A stretch of 64,000 bases of DNA from Vulcanimicrobiota bacterium. Its GTDB lineage: Bacteria; Vulcanimicrobiota; Vulcanimicrobiia; Eremiobacterales; Eremiobacteraceae. The notes beneath the pieces were generated by a model, which worked only from the letters and a program-made list of their open reading frames with translations, did not search any database and had not been told where the DNA came from. Position numbers and translations under genes: made by a program. The stretch is taken from NCBI GenBank assembly GCA_963812135.1, contig CAWETU010000001.1:1376001-1440000 (forward strand), in the 5' to 3' direction. How positions within the stretch are numbered: the stretch's first letter is position 1; each line of letters starts with the position of its first letter. Below are positions 1-11,078 of the stretch, in pieces.

Positions 1-174
1 ATGGCGACGACGAGATAGCAAGCTAAGATTTTTCAGGGCGTCCGCGACGCCGCACCCGCATCCGCGGGGCGCGGCGTCGTCTGCGTTTGTGGCATTCATC
101 GCTGGTATTACTTCGGATGTAAGTGCGTAAGAGTCCATCGGTTGGGTACATGGTAACGTAGGGCGGGGGAACCG

Positions 175-582
175 ATGGACACTTTCCGCGTCGCATTCTC
201 GCCCGAGCGAGACACCCTTTCAAACGTCAGGCACTCGCTGGCCGGCTGGGCCCGCGGCTGCGGGCTGAGCGAACATGCGGTAGCGGACGTGGTTGTGGCG
301 GCCGGCGAGGCGATCGAGAACGCGCTCGAGCACGGCCGCGATCGATGCTTCGTCATCGAGGGCTTGTGCGACAATCGCGTCCTCGAAGTCGCGGTGCACG
401 ACAAAGGCGGCGGCTTTGACGCCGCGGGCAAGGGCAACCCGGTGCCGCCCGAGTTGCTGGGCCAGCGCGGTCTTGGCATCTATTTGATGCGTGCGCTGAC
501 GGACGAGGCGCGCTTCCACTGGCGCGATGACGGCATGACGGTCACGCTCAAGAAAAACATCACGGTGCCTGAAGTCCGGTAG
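175..582 (+). CDS. Anti-sigma factor / Ser-Thr kinase, RsbW-like (HATPase_c_2)
   Basis: GHKL motifs EAIENALEHG, DKGGGFD, RGLGIYLMRALTD. Confidence 0.85.
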   Translation: MDTFRVAFSPERDTLSNVRHSLAGWARGCGLSEHAVADVVVAAGEAIENALEHGRDRCFVIEGLCDNRVLEVAVHDKGGGFDAAGKGNPVPPELLGQRGLGIYLMRALTDEARFHWRDDGMTVTLKKNITVPEVR

Positions 583-617
583 GGCGTAGCCGCCTGCGCG
601 CGCCAAACGCCTAGTGC

Positions 618-1594
618 GTGGCGCGCTCGAAGATCCCCACGATCAAGCAGCCGATGCTGCCGACGCTCATCGACAAGCCGTTCGATGACGATGGGTGGCT
701 CTTCGAAGTCAAGTGGGACGGCATCCGCGCGATCGGCACGATCCGCGAATCCGGCGCGCACGAACTCATCTCGCGCAACCAGTTGTCGCTCAATGCCAAG
801 TTTCCCTGAACTCGAACACCTTGCGGACGATTTCCGCAGCGCGCCGCTGGTGGTCGACGGCGAGATCGTCAGCCTCGACGAGCATGGCCGTTCGTCGTTT
901 CAGCGCCTGCAGCGCCGCTTCAAGGCGGGGTCGGGTTCCGGCGAGCACGGCGGCCGGATCGTCTACGCGGTTTTCGACTTGCTCTATGACGGCAAGCGCG
1001 ATCTGCGGTCCGCGCCGCTCGAAGAGCGCAAGGCGTCGTTGCTCAAAGTGATCAAACCCCGCGCTTCTCGCGTCATGATCTCCAAAGACGTCGTAGGAGA
1101 AGGCAAGAGGCTGTTCGCCGAAGCGCAGCGACAGCGGCTCGAGGGCATCGTCGGCAAGAAGCGCGACTCGAGCTACCAGGAGCGCCGCTCGCGCGATTGG
1201 GTCAAGATCAAGACGCACCTCGAGCAAGAGTTCGTGATCGGCGGCTGGACCGATCCGCAGGGGTCGCGCAAGGAGTTCGGCTCGCTGCTGCTCGGGGTAT
1301 ACGAAAAAGGAAAATTGGTGTACTGCGGCGCCGTCGGCACAGGCTTCGACGGCACCTCGCTGCGCGCGGTGAAGAAAAAGCTTATGCCGTTGGCCGACGA
1401 AGCGGTGCCCGTTCGATCCGCCGCCGCCGGCGGCGATCGTTCGAACGGCGCACTGGGTGAGACCGAAGCTCGTCGCCGAGGCGAAGTTCGCCGAATGGAC
1501 GGCGGATGGTCTGCTGCGCCAGCCGGTATTCCTCGGACTGCGTACGGATAAGGATGCGAAAGACGTCGTGCACGAGCGGCCGATCGAGCGATGA
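618..1594 (+). CDS. ligD: NHEJ ATP-dependent DNA ligase, LigD ligase domain; two apparent +1 frameshifts (~805, ~1393)
   Basis: EVKWDGIR adenylation motif, VDGEIV, EGIVGK, DWVKIK; third frame gives HWVRPKLVAEAKFAEWT..LRQPVFLGLRTDK ending TGA 1592-1594. Confidence 0.85.
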
Positions 1595-3238
1595 AGCGTA
1601 AGACAGGCGCCGCAAAGGGTTCGCTCGCCGAGTACAAGCGCAAGCGCGACTTCACGCGCACGAGCGAGCCCGCCGGCGCGGTCAAAAAGCGCGCGGTCAC
1701 GCGCCCGCGCTTCGTCGTGCAAAAACATCGCGCGTCGCATCTGCACTACGACTTCCGCTTGGAGGCCGGCGGCGTGCTCAAATCGTGGGCCGTGCCCAAA
1801 GGGCCTTCGCTGAATCCGGCGGACAAGCGCCTCGCGATGCAAGTCGAGGACCATCCGCTCGACTATTACGACTTCGAAGGCGTGATCCCGGAGGGCAACT
1901 ATGGCGCCGGCCAAGTCATCGTCTGGGATTACGGCTGGTACGAATTGGCCGAAGGTACCGACCCCGCGGTCGAGATCGCGCGCGGCAAGCTCAAGTTCAT
2001 CTTGCACGGCCGCAAGCTGCGCGGTCTCTTCACCTTGGTGAGGATGCACGGCAAGGATAAAGACGACCGGGCGTGGCTGCTCTTCAAGGACAAGGACGAG
2101 TACGCCGATCCTGACTGGGATGTCGAACGTCACGGACGCTCCGCCAAGACCAACCGCACGCTGGACGAGGTGGAGAAGAATCCGCGCTCGCGCCAATGGA
2201 TCTCGAATCGGCCCGCGGCGAAGACGAAGTCCGCGGGTGCAAAATCAACGGGCGTGAAATCGTCAAGCGTCAAATCTGCGCGTGCGACATCGTCCTCCGA
2301 CGTGCCGCAGTTCACCAACCTCGACAAGGTCTTATGGCCGGACGACGGCTACACCAAAGGCGATTTGATCAAGTACTACTTGAGCGTCGCGCCCTGGCTC
2401 TTGCCCTACTTGAATGACCGGCCGCTGACGCTGCAGCGATTTCCCGAACGGCATCCACGGCATGTCGTTTTTCGAAAAACAAGCGCCGCGCGGCGCGCCT
2501 GACTGGGTGCAGACCGTTTCCGTACCTTCCGAGTACGGCAAGCGATCGAAGATCGACTACGTCATCTGCAACGACGAGCGGACGCTGGCGTGGCTTTCGA
2601 ACCTCGCGTGCATCACCATGCACGCCTGGCTCTCGCGCGTCGGCTCGCTCGGTTCGCCCGACTACTGCCTGCTCGATCTCGATCCACAAGCGGGCTGCAC
2701 CCTCGCATCGCTCGCGAAAGTCGCATTGCATCTGCGTGACGAGATGGAGGCGCTTGGTCTCGCGCCGGCGGTCAAGACGTCAGGCGGCAAAGGCCTGCAC
2801 GTCATGTGGCGGCTCGCGCCGGGTTACGATTACGCGGAAGTGCGCGGCTTCGCCGAGCTCACCGCGCAACGCCTGAAGGCGCAGCTGGGGGACGCGGTCA
2901 GCCTCGAACGCGCGATCAAGAAACGCCGCCGCGGCAGCGTCTACATCGATTGGGCGCAGATCGGCGAGGGCAAGACGATCGTCATGCCGTTCGTCGTGCG
3001 GCCGCGTCCGAAAGCGCCCGTCTCGTGGCCGCTGCAGTGGCGCGACGTCGAAGCGATGGCGCGCTCGCGCGCGCCCGACATCTTCGCCGCCGCCGCGCAC
3101 TGGAACATCAAGACGGTGCCCGCGCTCTTGAAGAAACAAGGCGATCGCTGGCAAGCGGCGATGAAGAAGGAGCAGCGTCTGGAGCCGGCGCTGAAAAAAG
3201 CGCAAAAGCTTTGGCGCTCCGGAGAACGAGGAAGCTAG
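1591..3238 (+). CDS. ligD: LigD 3'-phosphoesterase plus primase-polymerase domains; apparent frameshift ~2443
   Basis: FVVQKHRASHLHYDFRLE..SWAVPKGP (PE domain); TNLDKVLWP, DLDP, KTSGGKGLHV (Pol domain); frames join as LQRFPNGIHGMSFF. Confidence 0.85.
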
Positions 3239-3241
3239 ACG

Positions 3242-5645
3242 ATGCGCGCGAGGATCGGATCCGCCCTGCAGGCGATCCGAGAGGGGCGGCTCACCGACGC
3301 GCAGCGCAACTATATCGTCGCAGCGCTGATGCTCGGGCTCGTCGCGACGGGATACGTCGACCTGCGCGATCCAGATCTGAAGCTGGCGCCCGCTTCGATC
3401 CTGTTCGTCATCTCCATCGCCGGCATCGGCGGTCTCATCCCAGGACTGATCGGCGCGCTCATCGCCGCTGTGGTGTTCTCGCTTGCGGAAAGCGGCGGGG
3501 CTTCTGGCTCGGTGCAGGCGGTTGCGGCGCACGTTCTCTTGCGCAGCGCGAGCTATTTCTTGGCCGCCGGGCTCGTCGAGCTGATCCGACGGCAAGCCGC
3601 CGCGCTGAGCAGCAACGAAGGGCGTTTGCACGAGATGGAGCTTACGCACGCCAGGGACCAGCTGGACGCCGCGCAAGCACGCTTCCGCGCGGTCGGCGAG
3701 TCCGTGCCGTTCGGCGTGTGGTTCGCCAATGCCGAAGGCCGGCTGGTCTACATGAGCGACTCGTTCCTCAACCTCGTCGGGCAGACGCTCGAGGAGGTGC
3801 GCAGCCACGGCTGGCTCGATCACGTACGGCCCGAAGATGGCGAGCGCATTCGCCAAGCCTGGCAGCAACGCCAGGCTTGGACCGGGGACTGGGAAGACGA
3901 GTATCGGGTGCGCGGCGTCGACGGCGCCAACTACACCATCCTCTGTCGCGGACGCGCCGTCTACGACGAGAACGGCAACGTCGTCGGGTGGGCCGGCATC
4001 AATCTGGATGTCACCGAGTCGGTCAAGGCGCGAGAGCGCCTGCGTTTCCTGGCGGACGCGGGCCGGGTGCTCGCCTTGTCGCTCGATCCAATGGCCACGC
4101 TCGAACGCGTCGCCGGCCTCATCGTCCCCCGGCTCGCGGACTGGTGCGAGGTCCATCTGCTGCAGGACAACGGCGACGTCACCACCGTGTTGGTGCTGCA
4201 CGATGATCTGTCGAAGGCCGTACTCGCGCAGGGACTACGCGAGGTCACGCGCCAGCGCGGAGACACCAGCCGCCTCGCGACCGTTATGCGGACGGGCGCA
4301 TCGGCGCTCATCCAGCGCGTCGACGACGCGTTGCTTGTCGAAGTGGCGCAGAACGATCGCCATCTTGAGATCCTGCGCGAGCTCGCGGGTCGATCGGCGC
4401 TCGTCGTGCCGCTCAAGACGCGCGAGCGGGTGTTCGGCGCGATGACGCTGTTGCAGACCGAATCCGGGCGCGAATTCACCGAGGACGACAAGGGCTTCAT
4501 CGAGATCCTCGCCGCGCGCGCCGCTTTGGCTTACGAGAACGCGCGGAACTATGCGCGCGAGCATCGGGTCGCGAACGTGCTGCAACGCGCGTCGCTGCCA
4601 ACGGTGCTGCCGCACTTGCCGGGCATCCGCGTCCAGGCCGCCTATCTGCCCGGCGCCAGCGAATCGGAGATCGGGGGCGATTGGTACGACGCGTTCTCGT
4701 TGCCTGACGGGGGTCTTGGCATCTCGATCGGCGACGTCGCCGGCAAAGGGTTGCGCGCCGCCGTCGCGATGTCGAGCGCGCGCCAGGCGCTGCGCTCGGC
4801 GGCCTTGGAGGGTTCCCCGCCGGCGGAAGTCCTCCGGCGCGCCAACCTCCTGTTGGTCCACGAAAACACGGGCATGGTCACGGCGGCGTTCGGCATCCTG
4901 GACCCCGTGACGCTGCATTTCACGTTCACGAGCGCCGGTCACCCGCCGCCGCTGCTCGCCAGCGCCGACGGCGACGTGCAAGCGCTGAGCGGCGGCGGAC
5001 TCCCGCTTGGTCTCTTCAGCGATCAGGAATATCCGGTCCAGAGCGCGCAGCTCGCGCCCGGCTCGGTGTTGGTCATGTACACGGACGGCCTAATCGAGTG
5101 CGAGCGCAACATAGTCGGTGGCGAAGCGCAACTTGCCGAGGCGGTGCGCCAGGAGGCGATTGCGGCTTCGCCGGACCCGGCACAGGGCATCGTCCGGCGG
5201 GTGATACGCGAAAAGCCGAACGACGATGTGGCGATTATCACGGTGTCGATATCGTCCGCCCCGCTCGATCGCGTCGACCTGACCGTCGATGCGACGCCGA
5301 CGAACGCGCGGGTGCTGCGACAAGCCCTGCGTCGGCTCGCGCTGAGCGCGGGGCTCGATGAAATCGCCACCATGGACCTGCTTGTCGCCTCGGGCGAAGC
5401 GATCAGCAACGTGATCGAACACGCCTACGGCGTCGACGAAGGCGAGCTCCAACTGCGAGCCTTCCGGCGAGGACGGTGAGATCAAGGTGGAGATCAAAGA
5501 CCGGGGCCGCTGGCGGGAGCCGACCAATGACGGTGGAGGACGTGGCCTTCCGCTCATGCGCGCACTCATGACCGACGTCAACATCGCGAGCACCGTAGAT
5601 GGCACGACGGTCGTGCTGCGGAAGTCCCTGGGCGAGGAATTCTAA
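3242..5645 (+). CDS. Membrane-anchored PAS-GAF-SpoIIE (PP2C) phosphatase with C-terminal HATPase domain, RsbU-like; apparent frameshift ~5468
   Basis: N-terminal TM helices, PAS/PAC, GAF, GGDWYD/GDVAGKG/SAGHPPP/YTDGL/DDVA; shifted frame continues DRGRWR..GRGLPLMRALM to TAA 5643-5645. Confidence 0.85.
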
Positions 5646-6002
5646 GTGACGGAACAGGCGACGTTCAAAGTCCGCGACGCGGACGGCGTGCCGGCCATCG
5701 ACATACGCGGCGAGGTGGACATCTCGAACTGCGATCAGTTCCGCTCGTTCTTGAAGACGGCCGGCGGGCAAGCGTCGACGGCGATCGTGGTGTCCCTCGA
5801 AAACGTCTCCTATCTGGATAGTCACGCGCTGGCGGCGCTCATCGATTTCAGCAAGCGCCTGGCGACGAACCGCCGGCGCCTCATCCTCGTCGCAAGCCGC
5901 GCGACGCCCGCCGGCAAGATCCTGGGGATCAGCAACTTGGGACTCGCGATCCCCGTCTGCGACTCGATGGATGAGGCGTTGATCAGGGCGAAGAACGGGT
6001 AA
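5646..6002 (+). CDS. STAS-domain anti-sigma-factor antagonist (RsbV-like)
   Basis: GEVDIS, VSYLDSHALAAL phosphoacceptor motif. Confidence 0.85.
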   Translation: MTEQATFKVRDADGVPAIDIRGEVDISNCDQFRSFLKTAGGQASTAIVVSLENVSYLDSHALAALIDFSKRLATNRRRLILVASRATPAGKILGISNLGLAIPVCDSMDEALIRAKNG

Positions 6003-6050
6003 AGAAGATCCGGATCGCGCGCCTGCGATCCTCGAACTGGCCGAGCGGTA

Positions 6051-6996
6051 TTACCGGCTCGCGTCCTGAACGTCAGGCGCGCAAAAGCGATCGAGCCGCA
6101 CGCGGCCGGTTCGGGCGAGCAGCGGCTTCCACAGGTCGCCGAGACGGCGCACGCGCGCCGGCACGTTTTTGATCGTGAAGTCCTCGATGCGCGCGCCGCG
6201 CTCGATCTCGCGCCACTGCAGCGGCGTCGACACCGTCGCGTTCGGCGCTGGCCGCACTGAATAGACGCTCGCGAGCGTCCGGCCCCACGCGTTCTGATTG
6301 TAGTCGACCAGCACTCGCCCGCGCGGGACGCTTTGCGACGCGATATTCAGCGGTGATCAGCTTCGGGTAGGCTTTTGCGAGGCTCAACGCGAGCGCTTTC
6401 GCGAACGTCCAGACGTCTTTTTGCACGGGCCCGCGCACGATCGGCACGTACACGTGGATGCCGCGCGAGCCGGTCGTCTTCGCGTAGCAGGGCATCTCGA
6501 GGCGCTCGAGCGCGTCGCGGACGGCGAGCGCCGTCTCGCGCACCGCGTCGAAGCTGGCGCCCGGCACGGGGTCGAGATCGAAGTGGAGATAGTCGGGCCG
6601 GTCGACGTCGTCGCACGTGGCATACCATTGGTTCAGGTCGATGCAGCCGAGATTGACGACCCACATCAGCGCGGCGAGGTCTTGGATCATGGGAAAATCG
6701 ATGATGTTGCCGGACGAATGCGTGATGCGGCATGTCCGCACCCACTCCGGATGCGGCTGCGGAATGCGCTTCATGAAGAAGAACGGCTTACCCACACCGT
6801 TCGGATAGCGCTTCATGACCATCGCGCGGTCGTGCAGGTGCGGCAAGATCGCAGCGGAGACGTCCGCGTAGTACTGCAGCACGTCGCCCTTGGTGATGCG
6901 TTCTTTCGGCCAGAACACTTTGTCCAGATTGGTCAGCTGGACGCTGCGATCGCCGATCTTCAGCGTGCAGTCGCGCGGGTCGCGCGGGATCTTCAT
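6051..6996 (-). CDS. Stand-alone LigD-type primase-polymerase (LigC-associated); apparent frameshift ~6326
   Basis: LTNLDKVFWP, KRYPNG, FDLDP, KTTGSRGIHVYVP, then VDYNQNAWGRT..YSVRP in the shifted frame; ATGA overlap with ligC stop. Confidence 0.8.
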
Positions 6997-7988
6997 GCGC
7001 GCAGTTGCGCCATGGTGCATTGGCGGGGCTTCTTGTCCGGGCGCCAGCGCACGAGCCGCGTGCCGTGGCGAAAGCGGTCACCGGTGACGTGGTCGAATTC
7101 CACCTCGACCACGAGCGACGGCTTGAGCGGCTCCCACTGCTCGCTGCGCTCGGTGCTCCATCGGCTCGGCCCGCCCGGCGCGTTGCCGGTGAAACCGGGC
7201 GGCTGGATCAGCTTTTCGAGACGCGCGGTCAACGCGCGCCGCTCGGCGTCGCGGATCCCCGACATGAAGCCGACATGGTGGAGCTTGCCGGTGCGGTCGT
7301 ACAGCCCGAGCAGCAACGATCCGACGAGTTTGCTGCTCGACGCGTACCGGAAGCCGCCGACGACGCAATCCGCCGTGCGGCGCCGCTTGATCTTCACCAT
7401 CGCGTCGCGCTTGCCGCTTCGATACGGCTCGTCGAGCAGCTTCGCCACGACGCCGTCGCGCGCGCCGTGCGTGCGCAGCCAGCGCTGCGCCTGCGCCCGG
7501 TCGCGCGTCGCGGGAGACAGCTCGATCAAACCGCCCTTGGAGAATTTCTTTGCGACGGCCTCGAGCCGCGCTCTGCGCTTGGCCAGCGGCCGCTCGTAAA
7601 GATCGCTGTCCGGCGAATCGGCGAGCAGATCGAAGACGATGAAGCAAGCGGGATGCTCGCGTGAAAGCGTCTGGACCCGGCTTTGCGCCGGGTGGATCCG
7701 CTCGAGCAGCTGATCGAAATCAGAGCGATCTTTGTCGAAGATCACGAGCTCGCCGTCGAGGACGCCGGCACGCAGCGGCAACGCGCGCACCGCGGCGATG
7801 ATTTCCGGGAAATAACGATCGAGCGGCTTGCCGGACTTTGAACGCAGATCGACGCGCTCGCCGTCTTTGAAGGCGAGGCAGCGGAAGCCATCCCACTTCG
7901 GCTCGAATTGCCAGCGATCGCCGGCAGGCAAGGCGGATTCTTGCCGCGCCTCGGCGGGCTCGTAGCCCGGACGGATGCGAAGCTTCAT
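6993..7988 (-). CDS. ligC: ATP-dependent DNA ligase, LigC type
   Basis: EPKWDGFR, LDGELV, DGVVAK, GGPSRWS, RFRHG..RWRPDK. Confidence 0.85.
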   Translation of the reverse strand: MKLRIRPGYEPAEARQESALPAGDRWQFEPKWDGFRCLAFKDGERVDLRSKSGKPLDRYFPEIIAAVRALPLRAGVLDGELVIFDKDRSDFDQLLERIHPAQSRVQTLSREHPACFIVFDLLADSPDSDLYERPLAKRRARLEAVAKKFSKGGLIELSPATRDRAQAQRWLRTHGARDGVVAKLLDEPYRSGKRDAMVKIKRRRTADCVVGGFRYASSSKLVGSLLLGLYDRTGKLHHVGFMSGIRDAERRALTARLEKLIQPPGFTGNAPGGPSRWSTERSEQWEPLKPSLVVEVEFDHVTGDRFRHGTRLVRWRPDKKPRQCTMAQLRA

Positions 7989-8024
7989 CGGGCGACCGTT
8001 GCGCGGTCCCCGCGGCGCGCCCAG

Positions 8025-8228
8025 CTAGGCGAGATCAGCGCGCGTGTAACCCGACCATCGCGTGTTCGTGCGCGACGCGTGACAGCGCCCGCCCGTCACG
8101 GCCGTGAGCGTCTCGCGGCGCGACGCTTGCGTGGTGCTCGAGCGCGTCGCCACCGCGCCCGATCGCACGCCCTCCCGCGCGACCACGCCCAAGACCGCCA
8201 GCCAGGCGATGAAGCTCGATCGTCTCAT
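8025..8228 (-). CDS. Small hypothetical peptide with Tat-like N-terminus
   Basis: AAGGAG RBS between the pmbA stop and the ATG; MRRSSF followed by a hydrophobic stretch. Confidence 0.5.
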   Translation of the reverse strand: MRRSSFIAWLAVLGVVAREGVRSGAVATRSSTTQASRRETLTAVTGGRCHASRTNTRWSGYTRADLA

Positions 8229-8242
8229 GTCTATCCCGCTCC

Positions 8243-9568
8243 TTAGGCGAACGAGGTCTGCGCCGAAAACGCGAACTTCGCGATTTTGGCGACGGGCACC
8301 GCCAGCGTGCCGGGTGTGTCGGCGGATTCAGCGAGGTAAAGCTTGTTGCCGAACTCGCACTCGGCGAGCGCCGACAACATCGAGGTGTAGAAGCGGAAGT
8401 TCTTGAGCGTCTTGGTCAACGCGCCGTTCTCGATCAGATAGACGCCGTCGCGCGTCAAGCCGGTGATGACCACCTCGCGCGGATCGACCAAGCGCGTGTA
8501 CCACGTGCGCGACACGAGGATGCCGCGTTCGACCGACGCGATGAGCTCTTCGCGCGATTTGGTGCCCGGCATGAAGATCGCATTGGTCGGGTAGCCGTCG
8601 TGGCCGGTGTTCGGGATCTTGTATTTGTTCGCGAGATACGTCGAACTGACGAACGCTTTGGGCACGCCGCGCTCCACAAGGCTGACCTTGGCCGTGGGAG
8701 ATCCGTCAGCGCTGAACGGTTGGCCCGCCACCAACGGGTTGCTCCAATCGTCTCGGATCGTCACGTTAGGCGAGAAGAGCTGCTTGCCTATGCGGTCTTT
8801 CATCCACGAGTCCTGGTTCTCGAGCACGGAGCCCGCGTCCATGGCGCCGTACAGGTTGTTCAGGCAGTCGACGAACGCCGGCGGCTCGAGGATCACCGTG
8901 TACGTGCCGGGCGGAAAGTCTGCGGGTGTGCGGCTCACGGTGGCCTTCGACGCGGCCAGCTCGGCGCGCTCGGCCGAGTCCAACGTCGCGTAGTCGCGCG
9001 AGAAGTATTCGGCGAAGCCGCTGGTCTGGGGCGCCATCGCCTTGATCTCGATGCCGCCATACGTCGACTCGAACGCCGCGCGCACGCCGAGCGAATTGAC
9101 GACGGCATACACGCCGTACTGCGTGGTCGTGAACCCGGATGAACTGAGCTGCGAGCGCTGCATGCGGTCGAAAACGGGCAGCAGCTTGCGCACGCGATCG
9201 TCCGCGGTCGCGCTCGCGGTCGAAGCGTACACGCTCTTCACGGGCGCGGCGATCGCCGCTTTGGGCGGTAATGACACGAACTCATGATTGGCGGGCACGC
9301 GGCTCGCGATGTCGGCCGCGCTGGCGACCGCCGCGCGCAGGCCGGTGTCCGTCTGGTCGTTGGTCGTGACGCGCCCGATGCGCTTGTCCTTGACGTACAC
9401 GATGTTGACGTCGACTTCGTAGCCGTTCAGATTCTCCGGCACGTAGTTGCCGGCGAACCTCGCGTAGCTCGCGTCCGTCAAGGTCACGTCCACTTGCGCT
9501 TGGTCGGCGCCGCTGACAAACGCTAAAGTCTTGTCCGCAAGCGCGAGGGCATCCGCTCCGCTACGCAT
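8243..9568 (-). CDS. pmbA: TldE/PmbA family protein
   Basis: PGTYTVILEP, TGLTRDG, KNFRF; overlaps the tldD stop. Confidence 0.8.
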   Translation of the reverse strand: MRSGADALALADKTLAFVSGADQAQVDVTLTDASYARFAGNYVPENLNGYEVDVNIVYVKDKRIGRVTTNDQTDTGLRAAVASAADIASRVPANHEFVSLPPKAAIAAPVKSVYASTASATADDRVRKLLPVFDRMQRSQLSSSGFTTTQYGVYAVVNSLGVRAAFESTYGGIEIKAMAPQTSGFAEYFSRDYATLDSAERAELAASKATVSRTPADFPPGTYTVILEPPAFVDCLNNLYGAMDAGSVLENQDSWMKDRIGKQLFSPNVTIRDDWSNPLVAGQPFSADGSPTAKVSLVERGVPKAFVSSTYLANKYKIPNTGHDGYPTNAIFMPGTKSREELIASVERGILVSRTWYTRLVDPREVVITGLTRDGVYLIENGALTKTLKNFRFYTSMLSALAECEFGNKLYLAESADTPGTLAVPVAKIAKFAFSAQTSFA

Positions 9569-11021
9569 TGTTGCGCACCCCGACTTGGACGTTTTGGAAG
9601 CGCGCGTGCGAGCACGCGTGCGTGGTGCGGCCGGCTTGCTCGGGCTCGCCCTTGCCGCAATTCGGCGTGCCCCACACGACGAATTCCTCCGGGCCCGCGA
9701 CGCGATCGAGCGATCCCCAGAACTGCGGCGTGATGCCTGTGTAGGTCGGCTTGCGGTAGATCTTGCCGCGCTTGCCGTTCTTGACTTCCCACGCGATCTG
9801 CGGGCCGAACTGGAAATTGAGCCGGTGATCGTCGATCGACCACGAGTTGATGCCTTCCATGACGACGCCGCTCGAGGTATCGGCGATGATCGACTCGAGC
9901 GTGCCGGTACCGGGCGCCAAGACGATATTGGTCATGCGCACGATCGGGATGCTCGCCCAGTCCTGCGCTCGCGACGATGCGGTCTGCGGCAGCGAGGTCT
10001 GCGCAGCCGTGTCACGCGAGGACAGGAACGCGCGCAAAATGCCCTGCTCGATCAGCGCGACGCGTTCCGGCTTGACGCCCTCGTCGTCCCAGCCGACCGT
10101 CGCCATGCCGGATTCGAGCGTGTTGTCGGCATAGAGAGTGAGGTGCTCGCTGCCATAGCGCAGCGAGCCGACCTTGTCGGGCGTCGCCCACGAGATGCCC
10201 GAGAAATTCGCTTCCCAACCGAGGCTACGATCCAGTTCGAGCGGATGGCCGATTGATTCGTGCATCTGCAGATTCAACACGTTGCCATGCAGGATGAGCG
10301 CGGTCGTCATCGTCGGCAGCAACGGCGCATCGAGCAGCTGCACCGCTTCGGTGCCGTATCGATTCGCATTGGCGATGAGGTCCGCGCGCTCGACGACCTC
10401 GTAGCCCCCGCCTTGGAAGAGGCCGAAGTCGCCCGGTCCCCCGCGTTCTGCCGGATCGCCGTCAGGGCCGATCGCGGTGGCGCCGGCGCCGGCGCCGGCT
10501 TGGTGGATGTGCTGCACGATCGCGCTGCCGTTGGTGGAGTAGAACTCTTTGTCCGTGATCCAAAACGTCATGTAGGCGCGCCCGGCGATCACGCGCTTGT
10601 CGACGTGCGCCGCCTTTTCGGCCGCGATGAGGTGCTCGGCGCGCTTCGAAAGCGGCACGCTATCGGGATCGGTGACGTTGGGCGTCGACCACTCGCCGAC
10701 ATATTTCTCCGGCGGCTTGACGCCTTTGATGCGGTTGGCGACGAGCGTGCTCGACTTGGCGATTGCGACCGATAGCGCAGCGGCCTCGTCAAAGCCGGCC
10801 TTGTCGAAGCGGTCGCTGCCGGCGAAACCCCAACTGCCGTCGACGAGCGAGCGGATGGCATACCCGAGACTTGATGTGTCGGAAACGGCGCGAACCACGC
10901 CGTTGCGCACCGCCATGCGTTGCTGCCGGATGCGCCAGAATTGGACGTCGGCGTAATCGGCGCCGGCGGCGGCCGCCGTGTCGAGGATCTGCGCCGCATC
11001 GGGCGCGTGGAGGGTGGGCAT
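9561..11021 (-). CDS. tldD: TldD metalloprotease
   Basis: HESIGHPLELDR metal motif, DDEGV, RMTN, NCGKGEP. Confidence 0.9.
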   Translation of the reverse strand: MPTLHAPDAAQILDTAAAAGADYADVQFWRIRQQRMAVRNGVVRAVSDTSSLGYAIRSLVDGSWGFAGSDRFDKAGFDEAAALSVAIAKSSTLVANRIKGVKPPEKYVGEWSTPNVTDPDSVPLSKRAEHLIAAEKAAHVDKRVIAGRAYMTFWITDKEFYSTNGSAIVQHIHQAGAGAGATAIGPDGDPAERGGPGDFGLFQGGGYEVVERADLIANANRYGTEAVQLLDAPLLPTMTTALILHGNVLNLQMHESIGHPLELDRSLGWEANFSGISWATPDKVGSLRYGSEHLTLYADNTLESGMATVGWDDEGVKPERVALIEQGILRAFLSSRDTAAQTSLPQTASSRAQDWASIPIVRMTNIVLAPGTGTLESIIADTSSGVVMEGINSWSIDDHRLNFQFGPQIAWEVKNGKRGKIYRKPTYTGITPQFWGSLDRVAGPEEFVVWGTPNCGKGEPEQAGRTTHACSHARFQNVQVGVRNNA

Positions 11022-11078
11022 GGGTCAGTCTTCCAAATGGATGAGGGTGTCGCCGTGTTTGTGGGGCCATCGCTTCGA

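Noticed and set aside
7089..7112. GTGGTCGA..TCGACCAC inverted repeat in ligC
   Set aside because: Encodes the conserved VVEVEFDHV motif and lacks the GCTAC tail; likely coincidental.
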